From Hyalangium minutum (lineage in GTDB: Bacteria > Myxococcota > Myxococcia > Myxococcales > Myxococcaceae): a stretch of DNA of 124,000 nt. Shown piece after piece: positions 27,565 to 37,324 of the stretch. The translations under genes were made by a program, and so were the position numbers. Position 1 is the first letter of the stretch. Each line of letters starts with the position of its first letter. The notes below the pieces were generated by a model. That model saw nothing but the letters and a program-made list of their open reading frames with translations, was not told the DNA's origin and searched no databases. The stretch is from positions 20,001 to 144,000 of the forward strand of contig NZ_JMCB01000001.1 of assembly GCF_000737315.1 (NCBI RefSeq), in the 5' to 3' direction.

Positions 27565-28401
27565 CTACAGGTACCCGATGACCAGGCCCTTGGCGATCAA
27601 GTACCAGCCGTCGACCAAGACGAAGAGTAAGAGCTTGAAGGGCATGGAGATGGTGGTGGGTGACAACATGTGCATGCCGAGCGCGAGCAGGATGTTGGCC
27701 ACCACCATGTCGATGACAATGAAGGGCACGAAGAGCAGGAAGCCGATCTGGAAGGCCTCCTTGAGCTCGGACACGACGAAGGCCGGGATGATGATCATGA
27801 AGTCCCGGTCGCCCACGTCCTTGCGATCCTCCTCCTTGCGCATCTTCTTGGCCAGGTGGAAGAAGAGCGCCCGGTCCTTGTCCTTGACCTTCTTGATGAG
27901 GAAGTCGCGCAGGGGCTCCTTGGCGCGATCCGCGGCGGCCAGCATGGTGCCCACGGTCTCCGAGGAGAGCAGCCCGGGCCCCTTCGCCCAGATGTCCACC
28001 TGGGCCGCCTTGTACATGTTCTGGCCGATGGGGGCCATGATGTAGACGGTGAGGATGATGGCCAGGCCGGTGATGACCTGGGTGGGCGGGATCTGCTGGG
28101 TGCCCAGCGCCGAGCGGACGATGGAGAGCACCACCGAGATCTTCACGAAGCTGGTCACCATCATCAGCACGAAGGGGACGAGCGACAGCGCCGCCAGCGC
28201 CAGGATGAGGATCAGCGGCCGCGAGGTGAATGACTCGCTGTTCGTCACCGACTGCACGGCGTTGGCGGGGAGCGGCTCCTCCGTGGCGACGGCGCTGCCC
28301 CTCTTGGCGGCGAAGGCAACAGCCGGCTGCAGGGCGACAGCGGCGGCATACAGCCAGGGAGTGGCACGGGACAGGGACTGGCGCAAGGACGAGGGTCTCA
28401 C
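27565..28401 (-). CDS. sctR: T3SS export apparatus, FliP family
   Basis: TSFVKISVVL...ALGTQQIPP, PAFVVSEL and PFKLLLFVLVDGW; GTG start estimated. Confidence 0.95.
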   Translation of the reverse strand: MRPSSLRQSLSRATPWLYAAAVALQPAVAFAAKRGSAVATEEPLPANAVQSVTNSESFTSRPLILILALAALSLVPFVLMMVTSFVKISVVLSIVRSALGTQQIPPTQVITGLAIILTVYIMAPIGQNMYKAAQVDIWAKGPGLLSSETVGTMLAAADRAKEPLRDFLIKKVKDKDRALFFHLAKKMRKEEDRKDVGDRDFMIIIPAFVVSELKEAFQIGFLLFVPFIVIDMVVANILLALGMHMLSPTTISMPFKLLLFVLVDGWYLIAKGLVIGYL

Positions 28402-28412
28402 GAGAGCAATCT

Positions 28413-29048
28413 TCAGGAGCGCGGCGGCGTGGAGCCGGTGCGGCGGGAGAGGAGCTTCTGGAGGAAGGGGCTCAAAGGCACGACGTTGGAGGGCTGGGGG
28501 CGCTCGGCCTGGATGCGATCGACCGCCTGGGTGTCGAGCTTCGACAGCAACTGGAGGCCGCCCTCGCCGCTGCCGACCAGGAGGTACTCGTCCGCGGCCT
28601 TCAGCACGAAGAGGGTGCGGCGCTGATCGAGCGGCACCCGCTCCACCACAGACACCAGCGACTGGCTCCGGCGGCCCATCGGGCCCTGCAGCCCCATCAG
28701 CTTGCGCAGGCCCACGTTGAGCGTCAGGTAGATGCTCAGCAGCACCGTGCCCAGCAGCAGCAGCGTGCGCGCGAGCACCCAACCGAGGTTCTCGGGCTCC
28801 GCACTGGCGGTGTCCTCGGCCGCGAACGGATCCGGCAAGTCACTGCCAGGAGCCGCCACGGCGGGAGCAGCCGGAGCCGGGGCGGGAACCTGGGCAGCAG
28901 GCTGCTCAGGGGCAGGCGCCGCGACGGGCGCCGCCGTGGGAGCGGGCACGGCAGCCGAAGCCTCCGCGAGGGCAAGCGGCGGCGCGAGCAAGAGGCAGGC
29001 ACAGGCCAGCAGGGACCAGCGCGGGTTCGATAGGAGGGAGGCCACCAT
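28413..29048 (-). CDS. fliO: FliO-like protein
   Basis: TM helix then VVERVPLDQRRTLFVLKAADEYLLVG; located between sctQ and sctR. Confidence 0.75.
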   Translation of the reverse strand: MVASLLSNPRWSLLACACLLLAPPLALAEASAAVPAPTAAPVAAPAPEQPAAQVPAPAPAAPAVAAPGSDLPDPFAAEDTASAEPENLGWVLARTLLLLGTVLLSIYLTLNVGLRKLMGLQGPMGRRSQSLVSVVERVPLDQRRTLFVLKAADEYLLVGSGEGGLQLLSKLDTQAVDRIQAERPQPSNVVPLSPFLQKLLSRRTGSTPPRS

Positions 29049-29143
29049 GACTGGGAGCGAGGCTAGTCCATTCCCAGGCGAGACCGCCATGGCTCCACCG
29101 TGGATCCCCGACGCCACCCTGCTCGCCCGCCAGCCAACAGGCT

Positions 29144-30463
29144 TCACCCGGCCAGGGAGAGGACCCGGACACCCAGCTGGCCCTCGACTTCGACCAGCTC
29201 GCCCCGAGCCACCACCTTGCCATTGACGGACAGCTCCACTGGCTCGCCGGGCGAGCGGTGAAGCTCGATGACTTGTCCCACCTTCAACGCCACCACCTCG
29301 TCGGCGGTAACGGGAACCCGGGCCAGTTCCACGGCGAGCTGCAGCGGGATGTCAGCCAGCAAGTCGCCTCCCTCCGGCCTGTTCGCGTCGTCCATATTCC
29401 CTTCCGACTCCGGAGGCATCTCATTCTCCGGGTTGGTGAAAACCTCGTTGTCGTTGGCGGGGGGCAGGACGCGCTGGAAGTTCGGCTCGCCCAGGATGAA
29501 GTCCTTGACGCGCGCCTTGTACTGGCCGTCCTCGACGAAGACCTCTGCCTCCACTCGGGTGCCGCCCAGCCCCACGCGCAGCGTGGCCGTGCCTGCCTCA
29601 CCCCGGTCCGGACGGGTCGAGAGCGAGTCCAGCAGCACCACGTCCTTCACGCGGATGTACTCCAGATCGGAGCTGGCGATCTCCGCCTGGCCGATCTCCG
29701 CGCGCAGCCACGTGCGCACCGTGGACAGCAGCTTCCGGTTCATCCGGATGTCCGCGCGCAGGCGGCTGCGCTTCTCCGCGCCGCCACGCCCCTCTTCGGT
29801 GGCATTGAGCACCGCCGGAGGCATCACCACGCGCACGATGCCCGCGTGGGGCCCCACCGAGGCGTTCATCTGCACGACGACCACCAGCTCGTCATCCCCA
29901 AGCTTGGCGGCCACCTCGTCCACGCCCCGGGCGACGGACTCCAGCCGCATGCGCGGAAACGAAGCCTCCAGCGCGGGCGCCACGGCCTTGATGCCCTCGA
30001 GGACCACGAAGCTCATCACGCCTTCTTCGATGTCCGTCAGCGGCCGCAGGCCCACTGTCTCGCCCGCGCCACCCAGCAGCATGTCCACCAGGTTGTGGGC
30101 GAACGATAGCTCCACCTCCATCACCACCCGGCTCTTGAGCGCTCCGGGCGCGAGCACCGTCAGGAAGGAGGGCTCGCCCAGGTGGCGGCGCAGCTCCGCG
30201 ATGGGGCGGATCTGCATGCTCACGAGGGAGACGCGGGCCTCGGCGTCGAACAGCGCCTTGAGCCGGGCATAGAGGGGCTCAGCCGCGGTGGGAGACGGAA
30301 TGGCCCGGTGGAGGCGAGCCGTCAGCTCCGTCTGGGCGCGGTCCACGCGCTCCAGGTTGCGGAACTTGAACGGCTTCCAGGGCTTGGAGGGCTTTATCTG
30401 GCGGAGGTCCACCAGCATCGTTCGCTCGTGGATTCCGGGTTCATCATCCCGGCCAAGGCTCAT
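29144..30463 (-). CDS. sctQ: T3SS sorting-platform protein, FliM/FliN family
   Basis: C-terminal SpoA domain: VELSVNGKVVARGELVEVEGQLGVRV. Confidence 0.9.
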   Translation of the reverse strand: MSLGRDDEPGIHERTMLVDLRQIKPSKPWKPFKFRNLERVDRAQTELTARLHRAIPSPTAAEPLYARLKALFDAEARVSLVSMQIRPIAELRRHLGEPSFLTVLAPGALKSRVVMEVELSFAHNLVDMLLGGAGETVGLRPLTDIEEGVMSFVVLEGIKAVAPALEASFPRMRLESVARGVDEVAAKLGDDELVVVVQMNASVGPHAGIVRVVMPPAVLNATEEGRGGAEKRSRLRADIRMNRKLLSTVRTWLRAEIGQAEIASSDLEYIRVKDVVLLDSLSTRPDRGEAGTATLRVGLGGTRVEAEVFVEDGQYKARVKDFILGEPNFQRVLPPANDNEVFTNPENEMPPESEGNMDDANRPEGGDLLADIPLQLAVELARVPVTADEVVALKVGQVIELHRSPGEPVELSVNGKVVARGELVEVEGQLGVRVLSLAG

Positions 30464-31455
30464 GCCCGGGCCTCGAAGCGCAGATCTTCAAGCTTGAGGC
30501 CCCGGCCCTGCAGCGCACTCTTGAGGCCTTCGCTCTGCTCCTCGATCATCTTGAGCACGTCCCGATCGCTGCCGCTGAAGACGGCGGAGATCTTCCCGTT
30601 CTTCGCGCTGAGCTTGATGGACAAGCCGCTGAGGACGTTGCTGCGCAGGTCGATCTGGAACTCGGCCGCGCCCGCGCCGTTGGTGCCCACGCGGACCTTC
30701 TCGACGATCTTCTGGGCAATCTCGTTGGCGATGGCGCGCAGCCGGTCCGAGCCCGTGGTGGGCTTGGGCTTGGCCACCGGCACCGGAGCCATCAGCGCTG
30801 GGTTGAAGCGGAAGCCCGCCGCGGCCGCCGCATCCCCACCCTGCTTGCCGTCCTTGTTCCCACCGCCCTGCCCGCCGCCGGAGTCCGCGTCCGTCTTCAG
30901 AGCGCCCTTCTGGCCCGCGCGGCCGGCGCTGCGCAGATCCGAGGCCTGATCGTCCGCCTTGGCATCGCCCTCGGACCTCGCCTCGGAGGAGCGCGACTCG
31001 TGGAGAGACTCCGAGGACTCACGGCCGTGCTTGCGGTCCACCGCCATGGCCTGGCCCTGGGCGGTGTCGGAGGAGTGGCTCTCGGACATCTTCTCGGCCT
31101 CACCCGAGAGAGAGGACTCGACGCGCTCGTTGAGGGCCTTGGCGTCCTGGCGGCCCTGGGTCTTGCCCGTCTCCTGGCGCTGGCCGGTCTGCCGGGCGGC
31201 AGTGCCCTCCTGCTGGCTCGTCTCGGAGCCCTTGGCTTCCTTGGTGAGGCGCGCGAGCACCTGCGACCCCAGGCCCTGCTTCGTCTCCTGCTTCTGCTGG
31301 GTCTGGGCCTGCTGCGTCTGCGAGCTCTGAACCAGCTTGGAGAAGGCGTTCTCGCCCTGCCGGATCTGCTTGCTCTTGGCCTCGGCGCGCTGCTTCTCCT
31401 GCAGCAGGCGCTGGGTAATCTGGTCTGCCTGGCGATCGTCTTCGACTCGGCTCAT
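30460..31455 (-). CDS. sctP: Needle-length control protein, FliK/SctP-like
   Basis: Low-complexity N-terminus plus FliK_C-like domain; located between sctO and sctQ. Confidence 0.7.
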   Translation of the reverse strand: MSRVEDDRQADQITQRLLQEKQRAEAKSKQIRQGENAFSKLVQSSQTQQAQTQQKQETKQGLGSQVLARLTKEAKGSETSQQEGTAARQTGQRQETGKTQGRQDAKALNERVESSLSGEAEKMSESHSSDTAQGQAMAVDRKHGRESSESLHESRSSEARSEGDAKADDQASDLRSAGRAGQKGALKTDADSGGGQGGGNKDGKQGGDAAAAAGFRFNPALMAPVPVAKPKPTTGSDRLRAIANEIAQKIVEKVRVGTNGAGAAEFQIDLRSNVLSGLSIKLSAKNGKISAVFSGSDRDVLKMIEEQSEGLKSALQGRGLKLEDLRFEARA

Positions 31456-31485
31456 CGCGGGACACCTACAAAGGGAGGAGAGAGG

Positions 31486-31974
31486 TTACTTGCGCTGACG
31501 GGCCTGGAACAAGGCACTGCCGATCTCTTCCTGCGTCATCTCCTCGCGCTGCTGGCGCTCGTACTTCACCTGCTTCTTCCAGTTCTCCTTATGCTTCTCG
31601 ATGGCCTTGAGCTCCTTGGCGGCCTCCGCCATCTCCCGACGGCGCTGCTCCACCAGCTTCTCGGCCACCTTGACCGCTTCTTTTTGACGCTCGATGTCAA
31701 GCGCCACCTGCGCCTCCTCGTCCTTCAGGCGCTGCTCGAAGCGGCTCATCATGTTCATGCCGTTGATGCCGGCGCCCTTGGCCATCACCTCGTTGAGGTA
31801 GGCCATGACCTTCTGCTTGCGCTCGGCCTTGCGGCGCGCCAGGTCCTCCTCGAGGCGCTTGAGCTCCTGCTTCTCCTTCTCCAGCGCCTTGATGGCCGCG
31901 GAGAAAGCCTGTTCAGCCTCCTCCTTGGCGCGGGTGCGCATCTCCAGGAGGGTCTCTAAGCGGTACTGGGGCAT
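31486..31974 (-). CDS. sctO: T3SS stalk protein, FliJ/SctO-like
   Basis: Coiled-coil YRLETLLEMR...; follows the ATPase. Confidence 0.8.
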   Translation of the reverse strand: MPQYRLETLLEMRTRAKEEAEQAFSAAIKALEKEKQELKRLEEDLARRKAERKQKVMAYLNEVMAKGAGINGMNMMSRFEQRLKDEEAQVALDIERQKEAVKVAEKLVEQRRREMAEAAKELKAIEKHKENWKKQVKYERQQREEMTQEEIGSALFQARQRK

Positions 31975-32009
31975 GTGGCCCCCATCCTAACCCGGAAAAA
32001 CCGGTTTCG

Positions 32010-33317
32010 TCAGTCCTGGAAGAGGCCGATGAGCTTCTCGACGGTCTCCTCGAAGGGCGAGTTCGAGTGGGTGTCCTGCTTGAGGAAGTCGATGATCGCG
32101 TCGTACTTGTCGATGGCGTAGTCCGTCCGGGGGTCCGTGCCGTACTGGTAGGCGCCCAGGAGGATGAGGTCGCGCTGCTTCTCGTAGGTCGCGAGCGTCT
32201 CGCGCAGCTTGCCGGCCGCCTTCTTGTGATCCTTGGAGACGATGCCGCTCATCACACGGGAGAGGCTGGCCAGCACGTCCATGGCGGGCCACTGGTTGCG
32301 CTCGCCCAGGGCACGGTTGAGGATGAAGTGGCCGTCGAGAATACCGCGGACTTCGTCGGCGATGGGCTCTTCCATGTCACCGCCGGCCACGAGGCAGGTG
32401 TAGATGGCAGTGCACTTGCCCTTGTCCGAGTTCCCCGTGCGCTCGAGGATGCGCGGCAGCATGGAGAACACGCTGGGCGGGTAGCCCTGGCGGGCCGGGG
32501 GCTCGCCGATGGCCAGGCCGATCTCACGCTGGGCACGGGCGAGACGCGTCACCGTGTCGAGCATGAAGAGCACGTTGCCGCCGCGCTCTCGGAAGTACTC
32601 GGCGATGGCCGTGGCCACGTAGGCGGCGCGCAGACGCACCAGGCTGGGTTGGTCGGAGGTGGCGCACACCAGCACGGCGCGCTTCATGCCCTCCTCGCCC
32701 ATGGCGTCCTCGATGAACTCGCGGACCTCGCGGCCACGCTCGCCGATCAGCGCCACGACGCTCAGGTCCGCTTGGGTGTTTCGGGCGATCTGGCCCATCA
32801 GCGTGGACTTACCGACGCCGGAACCGGCGAAGAGGCCCACGCGCTGGCCCTCGCCCACCGTGAGCAGCCCGTCAATGCAGCGCACGCCCAAAGGCAGCGG
32901 CCGTTCAATTCTCTGGCGCTTGAACGGGTCCGGGCAGTCCCGGTCCACGCTCCAGTCAATCATGCCGTCCGGCATCGGCTTGCCGTCGATGGGCTCGCCG
33001 GTGCCGCCGAGCACGCGGCCCAGCAGTTGATCGCCGCACTTGATGGTGAGCGGCTTGCCGGTGGGAATCACCTCGCTGTCCGGGCCGATGCCCGACAGCT
33101 CGCCCAGGGGCATGAGCATCACCTCGTCGCCCTGGAAGCCCACCACCTCGGCCTTCACCTTGTTGGTGCGGGCCTTGATGTAGACGACCTCGCCCACGCG
33201 GACGTTGGGCACGCTGGCCTTGATGACCAGGCCCGTCAGCTCCGTCACGCGGCCTCGCACGCGGATGAGCGAGGCCTCCTTCAGCAGGGAGTAGTAGTGC
33301 GAGAGGTCGATCGCCAT
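32010..33317 (-). CDS. sctN: T3SS ATPase
   Basis: GLFAGSGVGKST, LIGERGREV and DEVRGILDGH motifs. Confidence 0.97.
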   Translation of the reverse strand: MAIDLSHYYSLLKEASLIRVRGRVTELTGLVIKASVPNVRVGEVVYIKARTNKVKAEVVGFQGDEVMLMPLGELSGIGPDSEVIPTGKPLTIKCGDQLLGRVLGGTGEPIDGKPMPDGMIDWSVDRDCPDPFKRQRIERPLPLGVRCIDGLLTVGEGQRVGLFAGSGVGKSTLMGQIARNTQADLSVVALIGERGREVREFIEDAMGEEGMKRAVLVCATSDQPSLVRLRAAYVATAIAEYFRERGGNVLFMLDTVTRLARAQREIGLAIGEPPARQGYPPSVFSMLPRILERTGNSDKGKCTAIYTCLVAGGDMEEPIADEVRGILDGHFILNRALGERNQWPAMDVLASLSRVMSGIVSKDHKKAAGKLRETLATYEKQRDLILLGAYQYGTDPRTDYAIDKYDAIIDFLKQDTHSNSPFEETVEKLIGLFQD

Positions 33318-33321
33318 GGGG

Positions 33322-33999
33322 TTACGCCGGTCCTTCCTTCTTCCCGTTGGGATCGGGCAGCAGCACGTTCTGCAGCATCTCGAACTGCGTGGGCAGCTGC
33401 GCGTCGATGGTGCCGAACTCCGTCTGGACAATGCAGCCCACCGGGGCCACGTCCTGGTCCTCCCGGATGGCCAGGTCCACCGCCCGGCCAATGAGCTCCA
33501 TCAGCTCCGGCTTGCGGGAGCGCAGCACCTGCGCCGTTTTCGGGTGCACCCGCAGGATCATCGAGCGCGCGCTGCGGATCTGCTCGATGGCGGTGGCGCA
33601 CATCTCCATCATCAGCTCGGGCTGCCGCTCGATGTCCCGGCCGATGATCTTCTCGGCAATCTTGCACGCCAGGGCGATGACGTCCTTCTCGTTGCCAGCC
33701 AGCATCTCCCCGGCCTGCATCTTGGCGCGCAGCAGCACCTCGGAGGCCTGGGCAAGCCCCTCCTGGCGGCCCTGCTCGCGGGCCTTGGCGAGCACCTCCT
33801 CACGCTCGCGCTGGGCCTCCGCGAGGATGCGCTCCTTCTCCTTGTTCGCCTCCTCGATAATCCCCTGGGCGGACTGGCGCGCATCGAAGATCTCGGCGTT
33901 CATCACGCCAGCGCGCGTGGGACGCGGTGCCATGGGGCGCTCGGCGGCACCCGCAAGCTCCCCAGACCCGTCACCTTTGATCACCTTGCCGATCGCCAT
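33322..33999 (-). CDS. sctL: T3SS stator, FliH/SctL family
   Basis: AREQGRQEG repeats; GCIVQTEFGTIDA. Confidence 0.88.
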   Translation of the reverse strand: MAIGKVIKGDGSGELAGAAERPMAPRPTRAGVMNAEIFDARQSAQGIIEEANKEKERILAEAQREREEVLAKAREQGRQEGLAQASEVLLRAKMQAGEMLAGNEKDVIALACKIAEKIIGRDIERQPELMMEMCATAIEQIRSARSMILRVHPKTAQVLRSRKPELMELIGRAVDLAIREDQDVAPVGCIVQTEFGTIDAQLPTQFEMLQNVLLPDPNGKKEGPA

Positions 34000-34023
34000 G
34001 GACAGCTCCTTGACGGCTGGATG

Positions 34024-35784
34024 CTAGCGCGATCCCCCGCGAGGTCCACGCCCCGAGTTGCCCCCAGAAGGGGGCCGGGTGGGCCGCTGGCCGCCTGCTC
34101 CCCCGCCGCGTGAGGCCAGGGACGGCCGGGCTGCCGTCTTTCCCGAGAGGACCCGGGGCGGACGCTCCGGTTCGTTTGTAAGTGAACTGCTCACCCCCGT
34201 CCCTCGGCTGCGGACACCCGGCGAGGAAATGACGCGAGAGCCATCCGGGTCCATGGGGGCCGGCGGCCGGTCGGCCATGCGCGGAGGAACGCGAGCGGGA
34301 GGCACTCCGCGCGGATCCCCTTCACGCGGCCGGGAGGGCGCACCCGCCTCGGGCGGAGGCCGGCGAGAGCCCGCACGGGAGTTCTCGACCTCAGGAGGAG
34401 GCTGACGGGAGCCGACGCGAGAGGCCTCTCTTGAGGGCGGAGGGCCCACCCGGGCGCCCCCGGGCTCCGGCGGCACGCCCTGTGAGTCTTTCCGCGGCCC
34501 CACGCGCGCGTTGCGCGAGAGCGCGGGTGGATCGTCGTCGATGGGAGGACCGATGCGAGAGGGCTCGCGCGAGGAGAGCGCTCCGGCTCGGCGAGCAGCG
34601 CGCTCGGCCATGGGATCCCGGCGGACGCTGCTGTCCCCGGAGTTGGCGCCTCCCGTGGGCCCCGCGAATCCCGCGCGCCGGGCCTCGCGCTCGGCCATGG
34701 CATCCCGGCGGGGCGCAGGCGGCGGCTGGACGACGTTGGAGCGCTCCTGGCCTCCAGGGGGCGGACGCGCGGGAGGTGGCTCGCGGCTGGGAGGCGCGCC
34801 ACGCATGGGTGGCGGGTTGAGCGCCGGACGCTGCGGGGTGAGCCGCACAGGGCGCTCGATGAGGCCTCGGGCGGCCAGCCGCTCCAGATCCGCGACGATG
34901 TCGGCACGGCCGCCGTCCGTCACACGAGAGGCGGGCTTGGAGCGCTCGTCGCGAACCCACTTGGCCAGCAGGCTCCCGAAGTCCCCGCGGTGGCGCTCGA
35001 GCATGCGCGCGGCGAACTCCGCGGACTGAGACACACACGCACGAGCCAGGCGCTGGGTGCCCGCGCTGCGGATGGCGCCCGCCAGATTCTTCAGCCCGTC
35101 ATGGACGGCGAGCTGCTCCTTGGCCTCCTCTGAAGGCAGCTTACGTGGGGCGTTGGCCTGGACGGCCTTGGAGGCCAGGGACTTCATGTCCGGCGGAAGG
35201 GCGGCGATGAGCCCCTCGCGCTGCGCATCCTCGAGCCCGGCCATCGCCGGCCCCAGCACGCGCGCGCCGAGCCGATCACACACGGTGAGCAGCTCACGCG
35301 GCTGCAGCATGAGCACATCGGTGAACTTGAAGGCGGCCTGGGAGCCGGAGCTGTGCTTGAGCCGCTCCTCGAGCTTCCAGCGGATGATGTCCAGCACCTG
35401 CGGACGCACCTCGCGGGAGAGCTTCACTGGGCGCTGCGGCAGGTGGGCACGCACGGCCTCGGCCAGCACGGAGGGCAAGGCCCGGAGCACCACCTCGGCC
35501 AGCGCGCCGCGCTCCTTCTGGATGAGGGCAGCCAGCTTCTCCGGCTCGGCGTTCCAGAGCTGGCCGCGCCGGTCCTTCACCAGCTTCTTGATCTCCTGCA
35601 CGAGAAACGGAATCCGCTTCTCACGCGGGATGTGCATGATCTCCTGCGCGCGGTGGAGCAACAGCTCCCCGTCCTCCGGCGCGAGGTGCTCGAGCGCGGC
35701 GACGCCCTCCTGACCGCCGAAGGTGATGGCGGTCAGCAGCAGCATCGTCTGGCGCTTGTTGAGCGAGGTGAAGAATTGATCCAA
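34024..35784 (-). CDS. SctK/FliG-position protein with long Arg/Pro-rich tail
   Basis: Helical N-terminal ~310 aa; between sctJ and sctL; low-complexity C-terminus. Confidence 0.5.
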   Translation of the reverse strand: MDQFFTSLNKRQTMLLLTAITFGGQEGVAALEHLAPEDGELLLHRAQEIMHIPREKRIPFLVQEIKKLVKDRRGQLWNAEPEKLAALIQKERGALAEVVLRALPSVLAEAVRAHLPQRPVKLSREVRPQVLDIIRWKLEERLKHSSGSQAAFKFTDVLMLQPRELLTVCDRLGARVLGPAMAGLEDAQREGLIAALPPDMKSLASKAVQANAPRKLPSEEAKEQLAVHDGLKNLAGAIRSAGTQRLARACVSQSAEFAARMLERHRGDFGSLLAKWVRDERSKPASRVTDGGRADIVADLERLAARGLIERPVRLTPQRPALNPPPMRGAPPSREPPPARPPPGGQERSNVVQPPPAPRRDAMAEREARRAGFAGPTGGANSGDSSVRRDPMAERAARRAGALSSREPSRIGPPIDDDPPALSRNARVGPRKDSQGVPPEPGGARVGPPPSREASRVGSRQPPPEVENSRAGSRRPPPEAGAPSRPREGDPRGVPPARVPPRMADRPPAPMDPDGSRVISSPGVRSRGTGVSSSLTNEPERPPRVLSGKTAARPSLASRGGGAGGQRPTRPPSGGNSGRGPRGGSR

Positions 35785-35857
35785 ACCGGTTCACCTCGAG
35801 GGACGCAGGTCCCGGGGTTCGAAGCAGAGAGCCTCAGAGCCTAACGCTGCCCGCGCC

Positions 35858-36643
35858 TCAGCGGCGGGCCGGACGCGCGTCGCCCGAGCCTCCGCGCATG
35901 AGTACCCAGGCCGAGAGGCCAATCATGGCCAGGACGAAGATGGAGACAATGCCCACGAGCACGCGGAACTGGCCAGCGCTGGCCGCCGTCATGCGCAGGC
36001 CGAACACGTCCTGCAGCCGGCTCTCCGGGTTGGTCTCCGCCGAGGGAGGCAGGCCCGGGGTGAGCAGCACCGTCACGCGGTCCGGCTTGAGCTCCTGCAC
36101 CGCGGAGCTGACGAAGGTCTGCACATCCTTCTCCGTCACCGGCGGCTTGCCCTCGAGGCTTGGGCGGTAGCGGATCATCACCGAGGCCGACGGCATCGGC
36201 TTGTTCTCCGGCTGCGTCAGGTCATTCGTCTCCGGGATGTTGACGATGACGTTGGACTCCAGCACGCCGTCGACCTTGTTCAGGGCGTTGGAGATCTCGC
36301 CAGCAATGGCCTTGAGCATCATCGCGCGCTCTTCTGCGGCGGTGGGCACCATGCTGCCCTTGGCGAAGTGGTTGAAGCCCTTCTCCATGGGGCGCGGCAG
36401 CGAGTTGGCGCGCAGCAGCTCCGCGGCCTGAGCGGCGTCGGACTTCGGCACCTGGATGGTGAAGCGCATGTCCGTGCCTTCACCCGCCGCGACCTTGGTG
36501 GCGTTGATGCCGTTCTTGCTGAGCAGAACGTAGATCTCGTTGGCGTCCTCTTCCGTGAGGCCGTGCTGCAGTTCAATGGAGCAGCCCGTCACGAGGAGCA
36601 GGGCCAACAAGGGAAGGAGGCGGGTGGACGATCGATGAGTCAT
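35858..36643 (-). CDS. sctJ: T3SS inner-ring lipoprotein
   Basis: Lipobox VTGC, LTEEDANEI, VDGVLESNV, PSASV and a C-terminal TM helix. Confidence 0.93.
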   Translation of the reverse strand: MTHRSSTRLLPLLALLLVTGCSIELQHGLTEEDANEIYVLLSKNGINATKVAAGEGTDMRFTIQVPKSDAAQAAELLRANSLPRPMEKGFNHFAKGSMVPTAAEERAMMLKAIAGEISNALNKVDGVLESNVIVNIPETNDLTQPENKPMPSASVMIRYRPSLEGKPPVTEKDVQTFVSSAVQELKPDRVTVLLTPGLPPSAETNPESRLQDVFGLRMTAASAGQFRVLVGIVSIFVLAMIGLSAWVLMRGGSGDARPARR

Positions 36644-36704
36644 GTGCGGGGCCTAGCTTAGCGGCGCGGCCTTGCCGTTCCAACATGGGGTCCGGAAAAC
36701 GTGG

Positions 36705-36739
36705 AAGGGCGATCCCCCCACTAAAGAGGGATCGCCCTT
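36705..36739. terminator. Hairpin between sctI-like gene and sctJ
   Basis: AAGGGCGATCCC...GGGATCGCCCTT inverted repeat without a strong T-tract. Confidence 0.4.
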
Positions 36740-36772
36740 GGAAGCGCTGCCCGGATGAGGGGCAGGCAGCCT

Positions 36773-37324
36773 TTACACCTGGGTCTTGACCACGTCCTTG
36801 AGGCCGCTGGTGGCCTTCTCGACGACCTTCGACGTGAGGTCCAGCTCCTGGGTGTACTTGTACATGGAGGCCTGGAGCGAGAGCAGCTCCGAGTTGGAGA
36901 AGTTCTTCCCGCTCATGCCGGAGTTGATGAGCTTCTCCAGGTTCATCTGGCCCTTCTCCAGCGAGGAGACGACGCTGGAGACCATGGTGTTGGCCTTGCT
37001 CGTCTGCGCCTTCGCGTCCACCGGCTCCGCGGCCTTGGCGGTCAGCTGCTGGCTGTTGGCGCCGTTGACCTTGTTGAGGCCTGCCTTCTCCGTCTTGTTG
37101 ACGTCGTCGACCTTACGCGACGCGTCGACCTGCTGGGCCTTCTGCGTCTGCTGGACCGACTGCGCCTGCTGCACGCCCTGGGCCTGGTCAACGCCCTGAG
37201 ACTTGTTAGCGAGAACCCCGTCGAACTTCGAGGCTCCCTGCTTGTTCACCTGCTGCGCGCCCTGATCCTGCAGCTTCTGCTGCGCGATCTGTGCGGCCGA
37301 GATGCCTGCTGTCGGACCCGCCAT
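36773..37324 (-). CDS. sctI: Inner-rod protein, SctI-like
   Basis: C-terminal ELLSLQASMYKYTQELDLTSKVVEKATSGLKDVVKTQV; directly upstream of sctJ; AAGGAGG RBS. Confidence 0.7.
   Translation of the reverse strand: MAGPTAGISAAQIAQQKLQDQGAQQVNKQGASKFDGVLANKSQGVDQAQGVQQAQSVQQTQKAQQVDASRKVDDVNKTEKAGLNKVNGANSQQLTAKAAEPVDAKAQTSKANTMVSSVVSSLEKGQMNLEKLINSGMSGKNFSNSELLSLQASMYKYTQELDLTSKVVEKATSGLKDVVKTQV

Noticed and set aside
36689-36700. TCCGGAAAA matches at 36691, 39687 and near 31992 as copies of the upstream box
   Set aside because: Opposite orientation to the genes and without the ATGA half or correct spacing; could be chance.
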